In this document: positions 1 to 10,328 of the stretch, in pieces
Position numbering within the stretch: the first letter of the stretch is position 1
How the letters are laid out: the number at the start of each line of letters is the position of its first letter
Assembly: GCA_963793305.1 (NCBI GenBank)
Contig: CAWBZV010000003.1
Span: 736,001-800,000, forward strand
Direction of reading: 5' to 3'
Length of the DNA stretch: 64,000 nt
DNA from: an uncultured Gemmatimonadales bacterium
GTDB lineage: Bacteria; Gemmatimonadota; Gemmatimonadetes; Gemmatimonadales; Gemmatimonadaceae
Notes under the pieces: generated by a model
Database searches by the model: none
Told to the model about the DNA's origin: nothing
Seen by the model: the letters and a program-made list of their open reading frames with translations, nothing else
Translations under genes and position numbers: made by a program

Positions 1-311
1 ACAAGGTCCGGCCTCGCACACTTCGCATTGGCGTGTTCGCCAAAGATGGCGCCCAGTTGTCAGAGTTGAAGACCATTACCTTCGACTCCAAGGAGACGGA
101 AGCGCGAATGCGTGAAACGTCCGTGGTGCTCGTCCTTTCGGGGACGGCAGACGCGCAGAACAATCGCACGGTCGAGCTTCGACTCGAAGAAACCGTTCAG
201 GGCACGACCCACTGGGTCACGTACAAAATGCACGATGTCAAGATTCAGAGAGCCTTTATGAGTGACTTCGATGACGTTCTGATTCGACGCCCGCCGAGGA
301 GACTGAGGTAG
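1..311 (+). CDS. pglZ: BREX PglZ alkaline-phosphatase-domain protein, C-terminal fragment (partial at window edge)
   Basis: C-terminus LSELKTITFDS...VELRLEETVQGTTHWVTYK...RAFMSDFDD resembles the end of BREX-1 PglZ and lies directly upstream of brxL. The true stop is probably near 275 (possible indel). Confidence 0.7.
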   Translation, partial: KVRPRTLRIGVFAKDGAQLSELKTITFDSKETEARMRETSVVLVLSGTADAQNNRTVELRLEETVQGTTHWVTYKMHDVKIQRAFMSDFDDVLIRRPPRRLR

Positions 312-2417
312 CCCCGCCAGCGCAGCATGCGCCGACTGCGCTCGATCGGAAAATTCTCGAGAACTTCACTGGGCTCGTCGTGCGAAAGGATTTGACACAG
401 GGCCTGAAGCAGAACGCTGTCGTTCCGACATATGTGCTCGAGTACTTGCTCGGCCAGCACTGTGCGACTGACGACACCGGCAGTCATAGATCGCTGGCCT
501 GCAGTCCGTCCAGCGCATTCTCGCCAAACACTACGTCCACCGAAATCAGGCGGAGCTGGTCAAGTCCACTATCAAGGAAAGGGGCCGGCACAAGGTTATC
601 GACAAGCTGACTGTTGAGCTGAACGACAAGGGTGGATTTTACGAGGCAGAATTCACCAACCTCGGGCTCAAGAAAGTGCCGGTCGCGGATGACTTCGTGC
701 GTACGGTTCCGAAGCTGCTGGTTGGCGGCATCTGGTGCATCACCGATGTCACCTACGAAGTGGTGGAAGACTCGAAGGGAAGTCCGTGGCAGATCGAGAC
801 GCTCAAGCCCATCCAAGTCGCCAACGCCAACGTCGAGGAGTATCTCGCCGCGCGGGCGAAGTTCACAACGGAAGAGTGGATGGATGTGCTCATGCAGAGC
901 ATGGGCTTCAATCCGGAGTTCTTTGGGCGCCGAGCAAAACTGCTCACTTTGATTCGCCTTATCCCGTATTGCGAGCGCAACTACAACCTTCTCGAACTCG
1001 GCCCCAAGGGCACCGGCAAATCGCACATTTACGCCGAGTTTTCACCGCACGGGATGCTCATATCCGGATCCGAGGTCACGGCGCCCAAGCTCTTTGTGAA
1101 CAACAACGCGAGCGGCAAGATCGGCTTGGTTGGATACTGGGACTGCGTCTGCTTCGATGAGTTCGCCGGCAAGGACAAGAGAGGTCGACAAGACGCTGGT
1201 CGACATCATGAAGAACTACATGGCCAACCGCACGCTTCTCGCGCGGCATCGAGCAACTCACGGCCGAGGCGTCAATGGTCTTCATGGGCAACACGCAGAA
1301 GTCGGTTGCGTACATGCTCAAGCACTCGCACTTCTTCGAACCGTTGCCGGACAAGTACATCGATTCCGCATTTCTCGATCGCATTCACGCCTACAATCCC
1401 GGATGGGAAGTTGCGCCGATTCGCCATGAGCTGTTCACGCATGGCTACGGCTTTGTCGTCGACTACATCGCGGAGGTGCTGAAGCATTTGCGAACTGAGG
1501 ACTTCACTGGCACGTATAAGAAGCATTTTGAGATCACTTCGGAAGTCTCGACGCGGGACCAGACCGGGTTTGAGAAGACGTTCTCGGGGTTGATGAAGAT
1601 CCTGTATCCGGACGGGAAGGCAACGCCGGCGGAGATCGAGGAACTCTTGTCCTTCGCGATGGAGGCTCGTCGCCGCGTACGCGAACACATTCTGCGAATC
1701 GACGACACCTTCAAGCGAAACGAGTTCGCCTATCGACCGGTGGGTGGGGGTGCGACCGTTCGCGTCGTGACGCCGGAGGAGCTGCAGTATCCGGCATTCG
1801 CTGCTCCGCCAGTTCCCGAAGCCGAGGACGAGCCCCTGGCCGCTGGCGTCGAACGCGTGGATGTAGCGGCAGCGCCTGCCGAAAGTGCCGGGACGGCAGT
1901 CCTTCCGATCGCCGCTGTTGAAGGACCAACCCATACAGGCCCAACGCACGTGGTGGTCCCGGAAAACGCCAAGGGATGGAGCTATCGGCGGCTATTTGCG
2001 GGGTACCTGGCGGGTGCGACGAAGATCACGATCAGGGATCCCTATGTTCGCCAGTTCTTCCAGGTGCGGAATCTTGTGGACTTCCTGCACCTGGTCTACG
2101 AAATGGCTCCGGAGGGTGATGAGGTGGCGGTGCACCTGACTACGTACGCCGATTCAGAAACCGCCGAGAGGCAGGAGGAGTTTTTGAACCAGGTGGTGAA
2201 GAACTTCGTCGGGTCCAAGGTGGCGTTCACATGGGACATTGATTCGAGTCCAAACTTCCATGCGCGGAGTATCGTGACCGATACGGGCTGGAAGATCAGC
2301 CTGGACCGAGGACTCGATCTCTTTCAGCGGTTTGATGGTGGGCCGCTGTCGCTTGAGCAGGGAAGTCAGGAGGCTCGCCTAACTCGTGGTGCGGAAATCA
2401 GCTATGTGAGGACGTAG
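271..2417 (+). CDS. brxL: BREX BrxL AAA+ ATPase with C-terminal MIT_C (PLD-like) domain; split by 2-3 frameshifts
   Basis: Fragments VVRKDLT..VPTYVLEYLLGQHCATDD (380-480), ERNYNLLELGPKGTGKSH and GLVGYWDCVCFDE (676-1190), SAFLDRIHAYNPGWE and HARSIVTDTGWKISLDRGLD (1275-2417). Frame changes near 485 and 1180-1240. Start is approximate. Confidence 0.88.
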
Positions 2418-2795
2418 AGGAACACACGCGTCTCAGCTGCGGCGTACGACTTGGACGCCGCTCGACGACTGGAATTTGGCTCAGTATCCACGCATTGGAT
2501 GCGGAACGTTGAGACGAGCGCATAAGCGTGCTAAGGAAGTGGGGCGAGGCACCGCCAAGGCCGCAGCTACCGCCTGCGATGCCAGGAGACGAGGTCGAGT
2601 GGTTGCAGGAGGCGGGCCCGCGCGCATGGCGCTCGACCCGGCGCAGTCGTCACGAACTCCAGTCCAAGGCTACCCAAAGTCCGCGAACGCCGAATGTGTC
2701 TTAGCTACCGCCGTGAGTCCAGAGGGCCGCGCGATGCGCTCGATCGATCTTTTTCCGAGGGAGTGGGCCAGCTGGTCTCGGGTGTCACATCTGTA

Positions 2796-3158
2796 ATGCC
2801 TCAATGCTACCTCATCACACCGCCTGACCGGCAAAGCTCGGACTTGACCATCCAGTACCTCATTCGGCCAGTAGTGGCGCAGCATTTGTTCGAGGTCGAG
2901 GAGGCGGATCCGCGTTTCATCTCGATGCGTATGCTGCGGCTCCCACTCTGCATCGCGTACCTCCCGCGCGGCAATGCGAACGTCTATCACCAAATCCAGC
3001 TCCGCGAACAGATGAATCGTCCGCTGATCCCGATCATCCGCACGAGATTCTCGATGCCACGCGAAGTCACTCGTCAGCCGATTCTCGTGATCGACGACGA
3101 TTTGACGGCTGCTCGCCACGCGCTCGCCGAACGCCTGCCTCGCATTCTCGGTCACTAG
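2796..3158 (+). CDS. Small nucleoside 2-deoxyribosyltransferase-like (flavodoxin-fold) protein
   Basis: CYLITP...LIRPVV..HLFEVEEAD...IAYLPRGNANVYHQIQLREQMNRPLIPI parallels the NDT-like pattern CFVI.P..I.P...RAD..IADL...NPNV.YELG.R....P.I.I. Confidence 0.5.
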   Translation: MPQCYLITPPDRQSSDLTIQYLIRPVVAQHLFEVEEADPRFISMRMLRLPLCIAYLPRGNANVYHQIQLREQMNRPLIPIIRTRFSMPREVTRQPILVIDDDLTAARHALAERLPRILGH

Positions 3159-4264
3159 CGCATCATAGGTGCCGGAACGAGGGCTCCACGGCGCACCAGC
3201 GTCACGACGAGCGGGGTCACTTCGGGATCCCCTCCGGCCGAGAACGCAATCGGCCCGGTGATACCCTGATAGGGATGCTGGGCCGTCAGACCCGCGAGGT
3301 ACGTCCGCACACCCGCGCGCGCGCGCGCACCATCGGCAAGCGCCTGTATCAGCAGGTTGGTCGCGTCATACGCCATCGTCCCGTCTTGCGCCGGCGAAAC
3401 ACCCCACCGCGCACGGAATTTGGCAACGAACGCCTGCACGTTTGGCCGCGGATCCGCGTCGGTAAATGGGACGCCAATGTACGCCCCTTCTGCGACTGCT
3501 GCATTCGCGACGATACCCGTCCATGCATCACCGCCGACGAACGCGGCGCCGAGGTTCTGTCGCTTGGCCTCTTCGAGCAGTTCGAGCCCCGCGCGCTCGA
3601 GGCTCACCGAGAACACGACTTCGGTCTTGAGTTGCTTCAAGTACGCGACGTAAGGCTCGAACGTCTTGGGGTTTTGGTCGACCGGCTCCGATGCGACCAC
3701 GGTGCCGCCGAACCCATCGCGGAACGCCCTACCCAGCCCACGCCCGTAGGCGTCGTTCTCATATAGTATCGCCGCCCGCCCACCGGGCCTGAGTCCCGCC
3801 GCAAACCTCCCGATCGCGCGCCCGCTCAGCGAGTCTGATGGCACGAGCCGGAACACCCACGGCGAAATGCCACTGAGCTCAGGCGCGGTCGCTGCCGAGG
3901 ACACGGCGACGAGGTGGCCATCATAAAGTCGTGCCGCCGCCAGGAGCGCCGGCGAGTTCACGTGTCCGATGACCGCGAGTACGCTCGGGTCATTCACCAG
4001 GGACTCAGCGACGACGGCGCCGAGCGCACCGGAGCGATGGTCGTCGACATAGCGGATGCGGATGGGTCGACTGTCGACGCCGCCCTTGGCGTTCACCTCT
4101 TCGACCGCGAGGTCGATGCCGTCCTTGGTGAGCGCCATCGACGGCTCGCTCCAGGGTCCGGCGGCGCCGAGAACTAGGGGCTTGGCGCTCACCGAGCAGT
4201 CGGTCAGGAACGCCGTCAGCGCGGTTGACAGAGCGACGGAGACACGTCTCGCGACTTTACTCAC
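3155..4264 (-). CDS. Branched-chain amino acid ABC transporter substrate-binding protein (LivJ/LivK-like)
   Basis: GIDLAVEEVNAKGGV, VLAVIGHVNS, ILYENDAYGRGL, AYDAT motifs; N-terminal signal region. Confidence 0.88.
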   Translation of the reverse strand: MSKVARRVSVALSTALTAFLTDCSVSAKPLVLGAAGPWSEPSMALTKDGIDLAVEEVNAKGGVDSRPIRIRYVDDHRSGALGAVVAESLVNDPSVLAVIGHVNSPALLAAARLYDGHLVAVSSAATAPELSGISPWVFRLVPSDSLSGRAIGRFAAGLRPGGRAAILYENDAYGRGLGRAFRDGFGGTVVASEPVDQNPKTFEPYVAYLKQLKTEVVFSVSLERAGLELLEEAKRQNLGAAFVGGDAWTGIVANAAVAEGAYIGVPFTDADPRPNVQAFVAKFRARWGVSPAQDGTMAYDATNLLIQALADGARARAGVRTYLAGLTAQHPYQGITGPIAFSAGGDPEVTPLVVTLVRRGALVPAPMMR

Positions 4265-4303
4265 GCTAGTAAGCGACGAGCGGAAGGGCCGCGGGTCACT
4301 CGT

Positions 4304-5599
4304 TTAGCGTAGCAGCTCGAGCGCCGCGACGTAGGTCAACTTCGCAGGAATCGCATTGCCAATCATCTCCGCCAGTGCCGCTCGGCCAACGTCTTCAAAG
4401 CGAAAGAAGTCCGGAATGAACTGCAGTCGGGCCGCCTCGTGCGGTGTAATCGTTCGACGCGCGAGCGGGTGTACATAGCGACCCTGCCCCATCGAGCCGA
4501 ATCCAGTCGTGATCGTCTGAGCCGGCTCGTCCCATCTCAGACGACCATAGACCGACCGATACGTGTGGTCCTTCTCTCGGTGGCACTTCGGACGCTGGCT
4601 GTTCGGAAGGTCGTGCAAATCTCGTTCGAAGAGGTAGTCGATTCTTCGCCTATTCTCGGCGGACGGAGTCGGCGCGCCATCGAAGACCGATTCCGACCGC
4701 TTGCTAAGAAGGTCTCCGCACGCCCACCTGAAGTCTCGGACGCGGACCCGATAGGGCTCCAGCATCTCCTCGAGTCTTATTTCGTGCCGCATCGAGGCTA
4801 CGAGAAAATGACGCTGCCGTCGTTGAGCCACTCCGAAGTCGGAGGCATCCAACAGCGCACCATCGAGCCGATAGCCCAGTCCCTCGAGTGCACTCCAGGT
4901 CTTCGCGTACACGTCGTTGACGTCGTGGAGAATGCCTCGAACGTTCTCGATAATGATGTGGTCTGGGCGCGTGAGCTCCGCGAAGCGCGCCATCTTGATA
5001 AAAAGCGCGTTTCGAGAATCGCGGCGCCGCGTGTGATTGTTCAGATCGGAGTGCCCCTGGCACGGCGGGCCGCCAATCAGCACGTGAATACGACCGACTC
5101 TTTCGACGAGCTCCGATTCCGCTGCAGTGGGTCGTTGTCCGACGACACCGTTGACGTACGTCTCGACCAATGTCGGAAGGACGTCGGCAGTCGGAAAGTT
5201 GTCCAGGTAGACGCCCGCGGCGACGGGATTGGAGTCGACCGCGAAGACTGGCTGTGGCCGAGCGCCAACCGCTCGGGCGGCTTCGACGACGCCGAGAGTC
5301 ATGAGACCGCAGCCACTGAAGAGATCCGCAATACGGACTATCTCTTCGCCTTGGTGAGACGGGGCCGAAGTCGTGCGAAGCCAGCGGCGATCGAATTCCC
5401 GAGACAGATCGGTATTGGGTCGACCACCCACGGGCAGTCGTGACTCCACGGTACCGCCGCGGCGCCTCCTCACCGATCGCACGATTTCGTTCGTGCGGGA
5501 GTCGATCCAGAACGACTCGACTGCTGACTGAGGGGTGGGCTTTCGATCGGCTGCGACCGAAAACAACTCCCCTTGATTCGCGTGCGAAACGACCGTCAT
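4304..5599 (-). CDS. dcm: C5 cytosine DNA methyltransferase
   Basis: Motifs DLFSGCG, GGPPCQG, ENV, QRRQR, RTITPHEAARLQ, IGNA. ATG overlaps the vsr stop (ATGA). Confidence 0.95.
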   Translation of the reverse strand: MTVVSHANQGELFSVAADRKPTPQSAVESFWIDSRTNEIVRSVRRRRGGTVESRLPVGGRPNTDLSREFDRRWLRTTSAPSHQGEEIVRIADLFSGCGLMTLGVVEAARAVGARPQPVFAVDSNPVAAGVYLDNFPTADVLPTLVETYVNGVVGQRPTAAESELVERVGRIHVLIGGPPCQGHSDLNNHTRRRDSRNALFIKMARFAELTRPDHIIIENVRGILHDVNDVYAKTWSALEGLGYRLDGALLDASDFGVAQRRQRHFLVASMRHEIRLEEMLEPYRVRVRDFRWACGDLLSKRSESVFDGAPTPSAENRRRIDYLFERDLHDLPNSQRPKCHREKDHTYRSVYGRLRWDEPAQTITTGFGSMGQGRYVHPLARRTITPHEAARLQFIPDFFRFEDVGRAALAEMIGNAIPAKLTYVAALELLR

Positions 5600-6033
5600 C
5601 CCAGGTGCTTCCTGGAGCCGACATTCCAAAACCGCTCCAGTCGGCCGCGGAGTTGCCGCCGATTCGCCAACTGACACTCCCACACGACGAGCACACGGTA
5701 TCCGGCCGACCGAAGCTCAGCTATTTTGCGCTGATCGCGCCGAACGTTTTCCAGAAGCTTTTGTTTCCAGAATGCCTTATTATTGCTGGGCACGCTTCCT
5801 CGACCACATATGGCGTGATGATGCCAAAAACAACCGTGTACGAACACCGCCTTACGGAGTTTTTGATTGGCGATGTCTGGCTGTCCCGGCAGGGATTTGA
5901 CGTTCACGCGGTAACGAGCCCCGAAACACGAGAGCTGCCGTCGGACCTGGAGTTCGGGCGTCGTGCCGCGCTGCCGGATGCGCTTCATCAGCGCTGACCG
6001 GTCAGGCGTTGTTAGAAGTTTTTCTCTGGCCAT
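5596..6033 (-). CDS. vsr: Very short patch repair endonuclease
   Basis: RSALMKRIRQRGTTPEL, LPGQPDI, FVHGCFWH, FWKQKLLENVRRD, VLVVWEC. Confidence 0.95.
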   Translation of the reverse strand: MAREKLLTTPDRSALMKRIRQRGTTPELQVRRQLSCFGARYRVNVKSLPGQPDIANQKLRKAVFVHGCFWHHHAICGRGSVPSNNKAFWKQKLLENVRRDQRKIAELRSAGYRVLVVWECQLANRRQLRGRLERFWNVGSRKHLG

Positions 6034-6159
6034 CACGCCGGAACGACGTTTATTCGAAGAGAATATAGTGCGGCGCCGATTGGCGGCAATGGTGGCCAAT
6101 TGGCGAACGGGTAAATATTGATCGAAGAGGTACCGAGCGGGCGAGCTGAATCGAGACGC

Positions 6160-7404
6160 ATGGACGCTCTGAACAAACTGAAATCGGCCACGACTGTTGC
6201 CGGCATCTTCCAAGCGCTCCTCCCGGGTGAAAGCGAGGCCGTTCGGAGGCTGCGGTCGGACGCCTTGGATTTGAGCGGCGACGTGGTGACGCGTGGCGCT
6301 CTGATCATCGGTAATCCCGGCACGGGCAAGTCAACACTCGCCCGTGCGATCGCGCTCGGACGATACGCAAGCATACTCCGATCGCCGCGCGTGTCCGAGG
6401 TGCTGAAGTCGATGTCGCTCGATGGGCCAGCTCGGCTGTCGACCAGGAATATGGATTGGTACCGAGAGCTCTCACTGACGGGCCTCGTTGAAAATCTGGC
6501 CGCCAGCCAACTCTTCGGAATCGCCAAGGGCACAGCGACGGGTGTCACGCCGAAGGATGGGTTATTTCGACAAGCCATGCACGGGGGGCCACTTTCCGAG
6601 GGCCAGTCGGCCACGGCGGCAGCGACAATAACCGGAGGGGTGGTATTTCTCAATGAGATCGGCGACCTGCCCGCACCGCTCCAGCCGATGCTCCTGACAG
6701 TGCTCACGGGAGCCCAGGTGTATCCGGTGGGGTCGGAGGGTCATGCCGATCGCGGGTTCAGCTTTCACGGTCTGACCATCGCCGCCACTTGGCGTGACAT
6801 CGACTCCATTCGGCCCGACCTTCTCGCTCGGTTGTCGGATCACGTCATCCGCGTTCCTTCGCTCGCCGATCGACTCGATGATCTTCCGGAAATCGTCCGG
6901 GGCGTGATCGATGAAACGCGTCGTATCATCGCTGAGCGCGTGAAGCGGCTGACCGATCTGCCCTATTCGGATATCGATAAACACCGATTCGCTAGCCAGG
7001 AACCGGCGTACAACATTTCATCGTCCGATCTCGACAGACTCGGTCGGGTCGACTGGACCACGCACGGCGATATTCGTGGACTCGGTCAAATTCTTCACGC
7101 CGTAATGCAGCGAGGCCGCTCGGTGGCCGACGCGATCGCCGAGCACGAGAGCATCAGAAGACAAGAGGCGGGGCCGCGAACGGCGGAAATTCTGCTCGAA
7201 GAAATCCAGAGTGAGGCCCGGCCCGACCGGTCGCTCGTTTCGGCAGTTAGCGCCGCCGAGCAGCGGCTTCGGTGTGATGTAGCCGGTCTATTGCTCCAGG
7301 ACGATGGTCGATTCGAAGCCCTCGCCGAGGCTCTCGGGCTGAACCACGCCGCACTCAAGAAGCAGCTTTCGGATCTTCAACGCGACAGGAAGCGGCGCTC
7401 CTAG
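6160..7404 (+). CDS. Sigma-54-interacting AAA+ transcriptional activator (bEBP-like, no sensor domain, divergent motifs)
   Basis: Walker A GNPGTGKS; SQLFGIAKGTATGV in place of SELFG..KGAFTGA; GGVVFLNEIGDLPAPLQPMLL; RPDLLARL; GDIRGL; C-terminal HTH-like AEALGL. Confidence 0.8.
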   Translation: MDALNKLKSATTVAGIFQALLPGESEAVRRLRSDALDLSGDVVTRGALIIGNPGTGKSTLARAIALGRYASILRSPRVSEVLKSMSLDGPARLSTRNMDWYRELSLTGLVENLAASQLFGIAKGTATGVTPKDGLFRQAMHGGPLSEGQSATAAATITGGVVFLNEIGDLPAPLQPMLLTVLTGAQVYPVGSEGHADRGFSFHGLTIAATWRDIDSIRPDLLARLSDHVIRVPSLADRLDDLPEIVRGVIDETRRIIAERVKRLTDLPYSDIDKHRFASQEPAYNISSSDLDRLGRVDWTTHGDIRGLGQILHAVMQRGRSVADAIAEHESIRRQEAGPRTAEILLEEIQSEARPDRSLVSAVSAAEQRLRCDVAGLLLQDDGRFEALAEALGLNHAALKKQLSDLQRDRKRRS

Positions 7405-7425
7405 GCTCGAAACAATGTTCGGCGA

Positions 7426-7468
7426 TTGGCGTGCTGCCTCGCCAAGTGGCGACGCCTTTACGCGCCAA
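7426..7468. promoter_or_regulatory. Inverted-repeat candidate activator binding sites
   Basis: TTGGCG-N8-CGCCAA (7426-7445) and TGGCG-N11-CGCCA (7447-7467) upstream of the sigma-54 motif. Confidence 0.4.
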
Positions 7469-7502
7469 TCTCGTAAATAGCTGACTGGTAAGCGTTTACG
7501 AT

Positions 7503-7517
7503 TGGCACTATTACTGC
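7503..7517 (+). promoter_or_regulatory. Putative sigma-54 -24/-12 promoter
   Basis: TGGCACTATTACTGC has GG-N10-GC spacing and matches TGGCAC-N5-TTGC except for one base. It lies between the bEBP gene and the operon starting at 7711. Confidence 0.65.
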
Positions 7518-7710
7518 CACTGTGCCTCAGCGGGTAGGGACACGCCACGATCGGCTGCATCACGCCGATCGAACCGGGTCACTGCTAACGCGGGGCTCGG
7601 CCGGTAGCCGCTAGATCTAGACACTCGGATCTCCGACTAACGCTCGCGACTTCAAAACCCGATCGAGCGGCTGCCGAGTCGCTCGTGAAAGAAAATCCAT
7701 CGAGACGCGA

Positions 7711-8949
7711 ATGAACCCGCTCAACAAGAACATGCACGACTGGTACTTCCTCCGCGACGGCTTTGATAGTCTGCGTTTGGACCCCGAGCGTCACAGCGCA
7801 TTTCTCTTCGGCAAACTCGATCGCAATCGGCGCAATGCGCTCGTCAACGGCGTCGAGGAGGCCTGCTATGGGATGCGTGGCTACAAAGCGGTCATGTACG
7901 GCGACTACGGCCGCGGCAAGACCCATCAATGCAACAACATTATCTACGAGATTCACCGCCGTGAACTGCCTGTGCACCCTGTGTACGTGAAGTGCATCGA
8001 GTACGGCTCGAAAGAGGCGTTCGCAAGCTTGTTTTCGCAAATGGTCCTCGGTCTCGGAGTCGCTAACGTTCGGCGCGTCGCTCAGGAGTACGAGCATCGC
8101 GTGGCGAATGGCGGGACGGACACGCCATTGCCCATTGATGACGTCATTGGCAAAGGCGACGTCGCTCACGTCTTCAAGTCGCTGTCGCTCCAGAATGAGC
8201 TAATGGTAATGCTCGCGCTCAAATGGCTCGGCGGTGAGAAGTTGGACAAGGCGAACATCGAAAAACTCGGCGCCGCGTTGACGCCGCAGCTCACCGTGAG
8301 CCGCGATTTCGCAGCCGTGATGAAGGGGCTGGCCCACATGTTCCGCGAGGTAGACCGCCGCGTCATTCTCTTTTTCGTAGATGAAGCCGAATTGCTCAAA
8401 GGCGTCACCAATCCTGAGGCGAACCAGAAGTGGACGTCATCACTCCGAGCGCTGACGGAGATCACGCCAGTGGGCTACATCTTCTTCGTCGGGGCCAACA
8501 ACGAAGATGACATCCCTCAAGTGCTGGTGTGGGACGAGGTGCGCACCCGAATCGGTGCGGCGAATTACCGCGATCTGCCGAACCCCGGCGATGCGGCAAT
8601 GCGTCAATGGATCTTGGAATTTCTTCAGACTTTCGTCGCGAAGGGACCGGTACCCGAGCCGCAGCTCAATGCGCTCCCGGCAGATGCACAATCGACCGGT
8701 ATCGCTCCGGAGCTCAGTAGCATCGTAGGGAACGACGACGAAGCGCTTCGGGCCTTCCCGTTCACTCCGGACGCGTTGAACGAGTTCGTCAATCACTCTG
8801 TCACCGACCTCTTTGGCAACAAGCCTCGCGAGATCCTGGACCGCATTGATCGTGCGGCCGCTCGGGCGATGCGCTTCGGCCGGCATCGCATCGAGGTCTC
8901 CGACGTGATGTCCGTCCGGGGGGAGACCACGGATGAGGAGGACGAATGA
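7711..8949 (+). CDS. P-loop ATPase, BrxD/DUF2791-like
   Basis: Walker A GDYGRGKT, Walker B ILFFVDEAE, LKWLGGE, C-terminal FPFTPDAL...KPREIL AAA lid. Confidence 0.7.
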   Translation: MNPLNKNMHDWYFLRDGFDSLRLDPERHSAFLFGKLDRNRRNALVNGVEEACYGMRGYKAVMYGDYGRGKTHQCNNIIYEIHRRELPVHPVYVKCIEYGSKEAFASLFSQMVLGLGVANVRRVAQEYEHRVANGGTDTPLPIDDVIGKGDVAHVFKSLSLQNELMVMLALKWLGGEKLDKANIEKLGAALTPQLTVSRDFAAVMKGLAHMFREVDRRVILFFVDEAELLKGVTNPEANQKWTSSLRALTEITPVGYIFFVGANNEDDIPQVLVWDEVRTRIGAANYRDLPNPGDAAMRQWILEFLQTFVAKGPVPEPQLNALPADAQSTGIAPELSSIVGNDDEALRAFPFTPDALNEFVNHSVTDLFGNKPREILDRIDRAAARAMRFGRHRIEVSDVMSVRGETTDEEDE

Positions 8950-10328
8950 CACACACGTACGATTTGGAGCCGCGCATCAACGGCGAAGTCCGTCTTGGCA
9001 GCTTGCGTGGTGACAACCTCATCTACGCAGGGCGATTGGCCGAGCGGAACAACAATTCAAAGATCATTCTCGACGCGTCCGACAATTTCATCGTTCTGGA
9101 AGTCGGAAAAAGAGGATCGGGGAAATCCTACGGCATGGCGTCGATGCTCGAGGCGTTCGCCACAAACGGTGAATCACTTATCGGGACGCATCGCGCCCCG
9201 CGTGGCGTATTGCTGCTGGACCCCCTCGATATCCATTGGACGGCGATCGAACCATTGTGTGCCAATGGACCGGAAGGATTGGTGCGGCAGCACGGCATCT
9301 TGCGCAAATGGAGTGATTTGGCCGTCGAGCCGATCAATGTTCAAGTTTTCGTTCCGGCGGGGTTCGCTCGCGACATGGACCCGCCGGCGTTTCGGTCCTA
9401 CGAGCTGCCGGTCGCGGCGCTCGACGCTGCCGATTGGGCGCACCTTTTGAGTTGTGACTTGGTGAACGAGCCGAGAGGCCAGCTCATCGATGAGGTACAT
9501 CGAAAGGTCACCGAGCTCGGTTGGCGAAACGGTGTCCAATGGATGCCGGCGAAACCAGACTACACGATCGACGACCTCATCGAGTGTGCCGAGAACGATG
9601 CCGATGTTCAACGCTTGTACCAGGCGGGAACCGTGCGCAGCATCGTGCAACCGCTACGTGCGTACGTTCGGATGCCGTTATTCGGGTCAACATTGGGAAC
9701 TCCGCTGACTACACTGGTTCAGCCGGGTGTGCTTTCGATCATGTCCCTGGGGCGAGTTCCGGCAGCACTCCGAACGGTTTTGACGACGGTCCTCGTGAGG
9801 AAGCTGCGTGCCGACCGGATGCAGGCGAGCCAGATTCAGCGGCGTCTCACCCTGTTCCGGACCGACAATGCCACCCGAGCCGAGCTCGAAGCGGAATTGC
9901 TTCGTCACGTCCCGCGTCTGGTGCTGGCCATAGATGAGGCGCAGATCCTGATGCCCGCGCGTGGATCCGGCGCGGCTCGGAAGGAGCTCGATGCATTCGT
10001 GCTCGAGGGTCGAAACTATGGCCTGTCCCTCTGGATGGCCACGCAACGTCCCAAGGGTGCGATCTCTGGTGCCGCGGTGAGTCAAATCGACATGTTCATC
10101 GTCCACCGCCTCAGCGTGCGCGAGGATATCGATGCGGTTTGCGGGATGTTGCAGAATGCCGAGCCGGAAAAAGTCAAATTCAACGGGCGACAGATCGGCC
10201 TGCACGACCTGATTCGTTCTCTCGATATCGGCCAAGCCGTTTTCTCGAGCGCCGTTAACAGTGCGCCTCGTTTGGTGATCGGCAACATTCGGCCCCGAAT
10301 GGTCGCTCACGGAGGAGAGGCGTTCTAA
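8946..10328 (+). CDS. HerA/DUF87-family ATPase
   Basis: VGKRGSGKSY, LLLDP, LAIDEAQ, EGRNYGLSLWMATQRP. ATGA overlap with the upstream gene. Confidence 0.85.
   Translation: MTHTYDLEPRINGEVRLGSLRGDNLIYAGRLAERNNNSKIILDASDNFIVLEVGKRGSGKSYGMASMLEAFATNGESLIGTHRAPRGVLLLDPLDIHWTAIEPLCANGPEGLVRQHGILRKWSDLAVEPINVQVFVPAGFARDMDPPAFRSYELPVAALDAADWAHLLSCDLVNEPRGQLIDEVHRKVTELGWRNGVQWMPAKPDYTIDDLIECAENDADVQRLYQAGTVRSIVQPLRAYVRMPLFGSTLGTPLTTLVQPGVLSIMSLGRVPAALRTVLTTVLVRKLRADRMQASQIQRRLTLFRTDNATRAELEAELLRHVPRLVLAIDEAQILMPARGSGAARKELDAFVLEGRNYGLSLWMATQRPKGAISGAAVSQIDMFIVHRLSVREDIDAVCGMLQNAEPEKVKFNGRQIGLHDLIRSLDIGQAVFSSAVNSAPRLVIGNIRPRMVAHGGEAF

Noticed and set aside
3314..3328. (CG)n run as a Z-DNA or regulatory element
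   Set aside because: Encodes ARARA in a high-GC gene; expected by chance.
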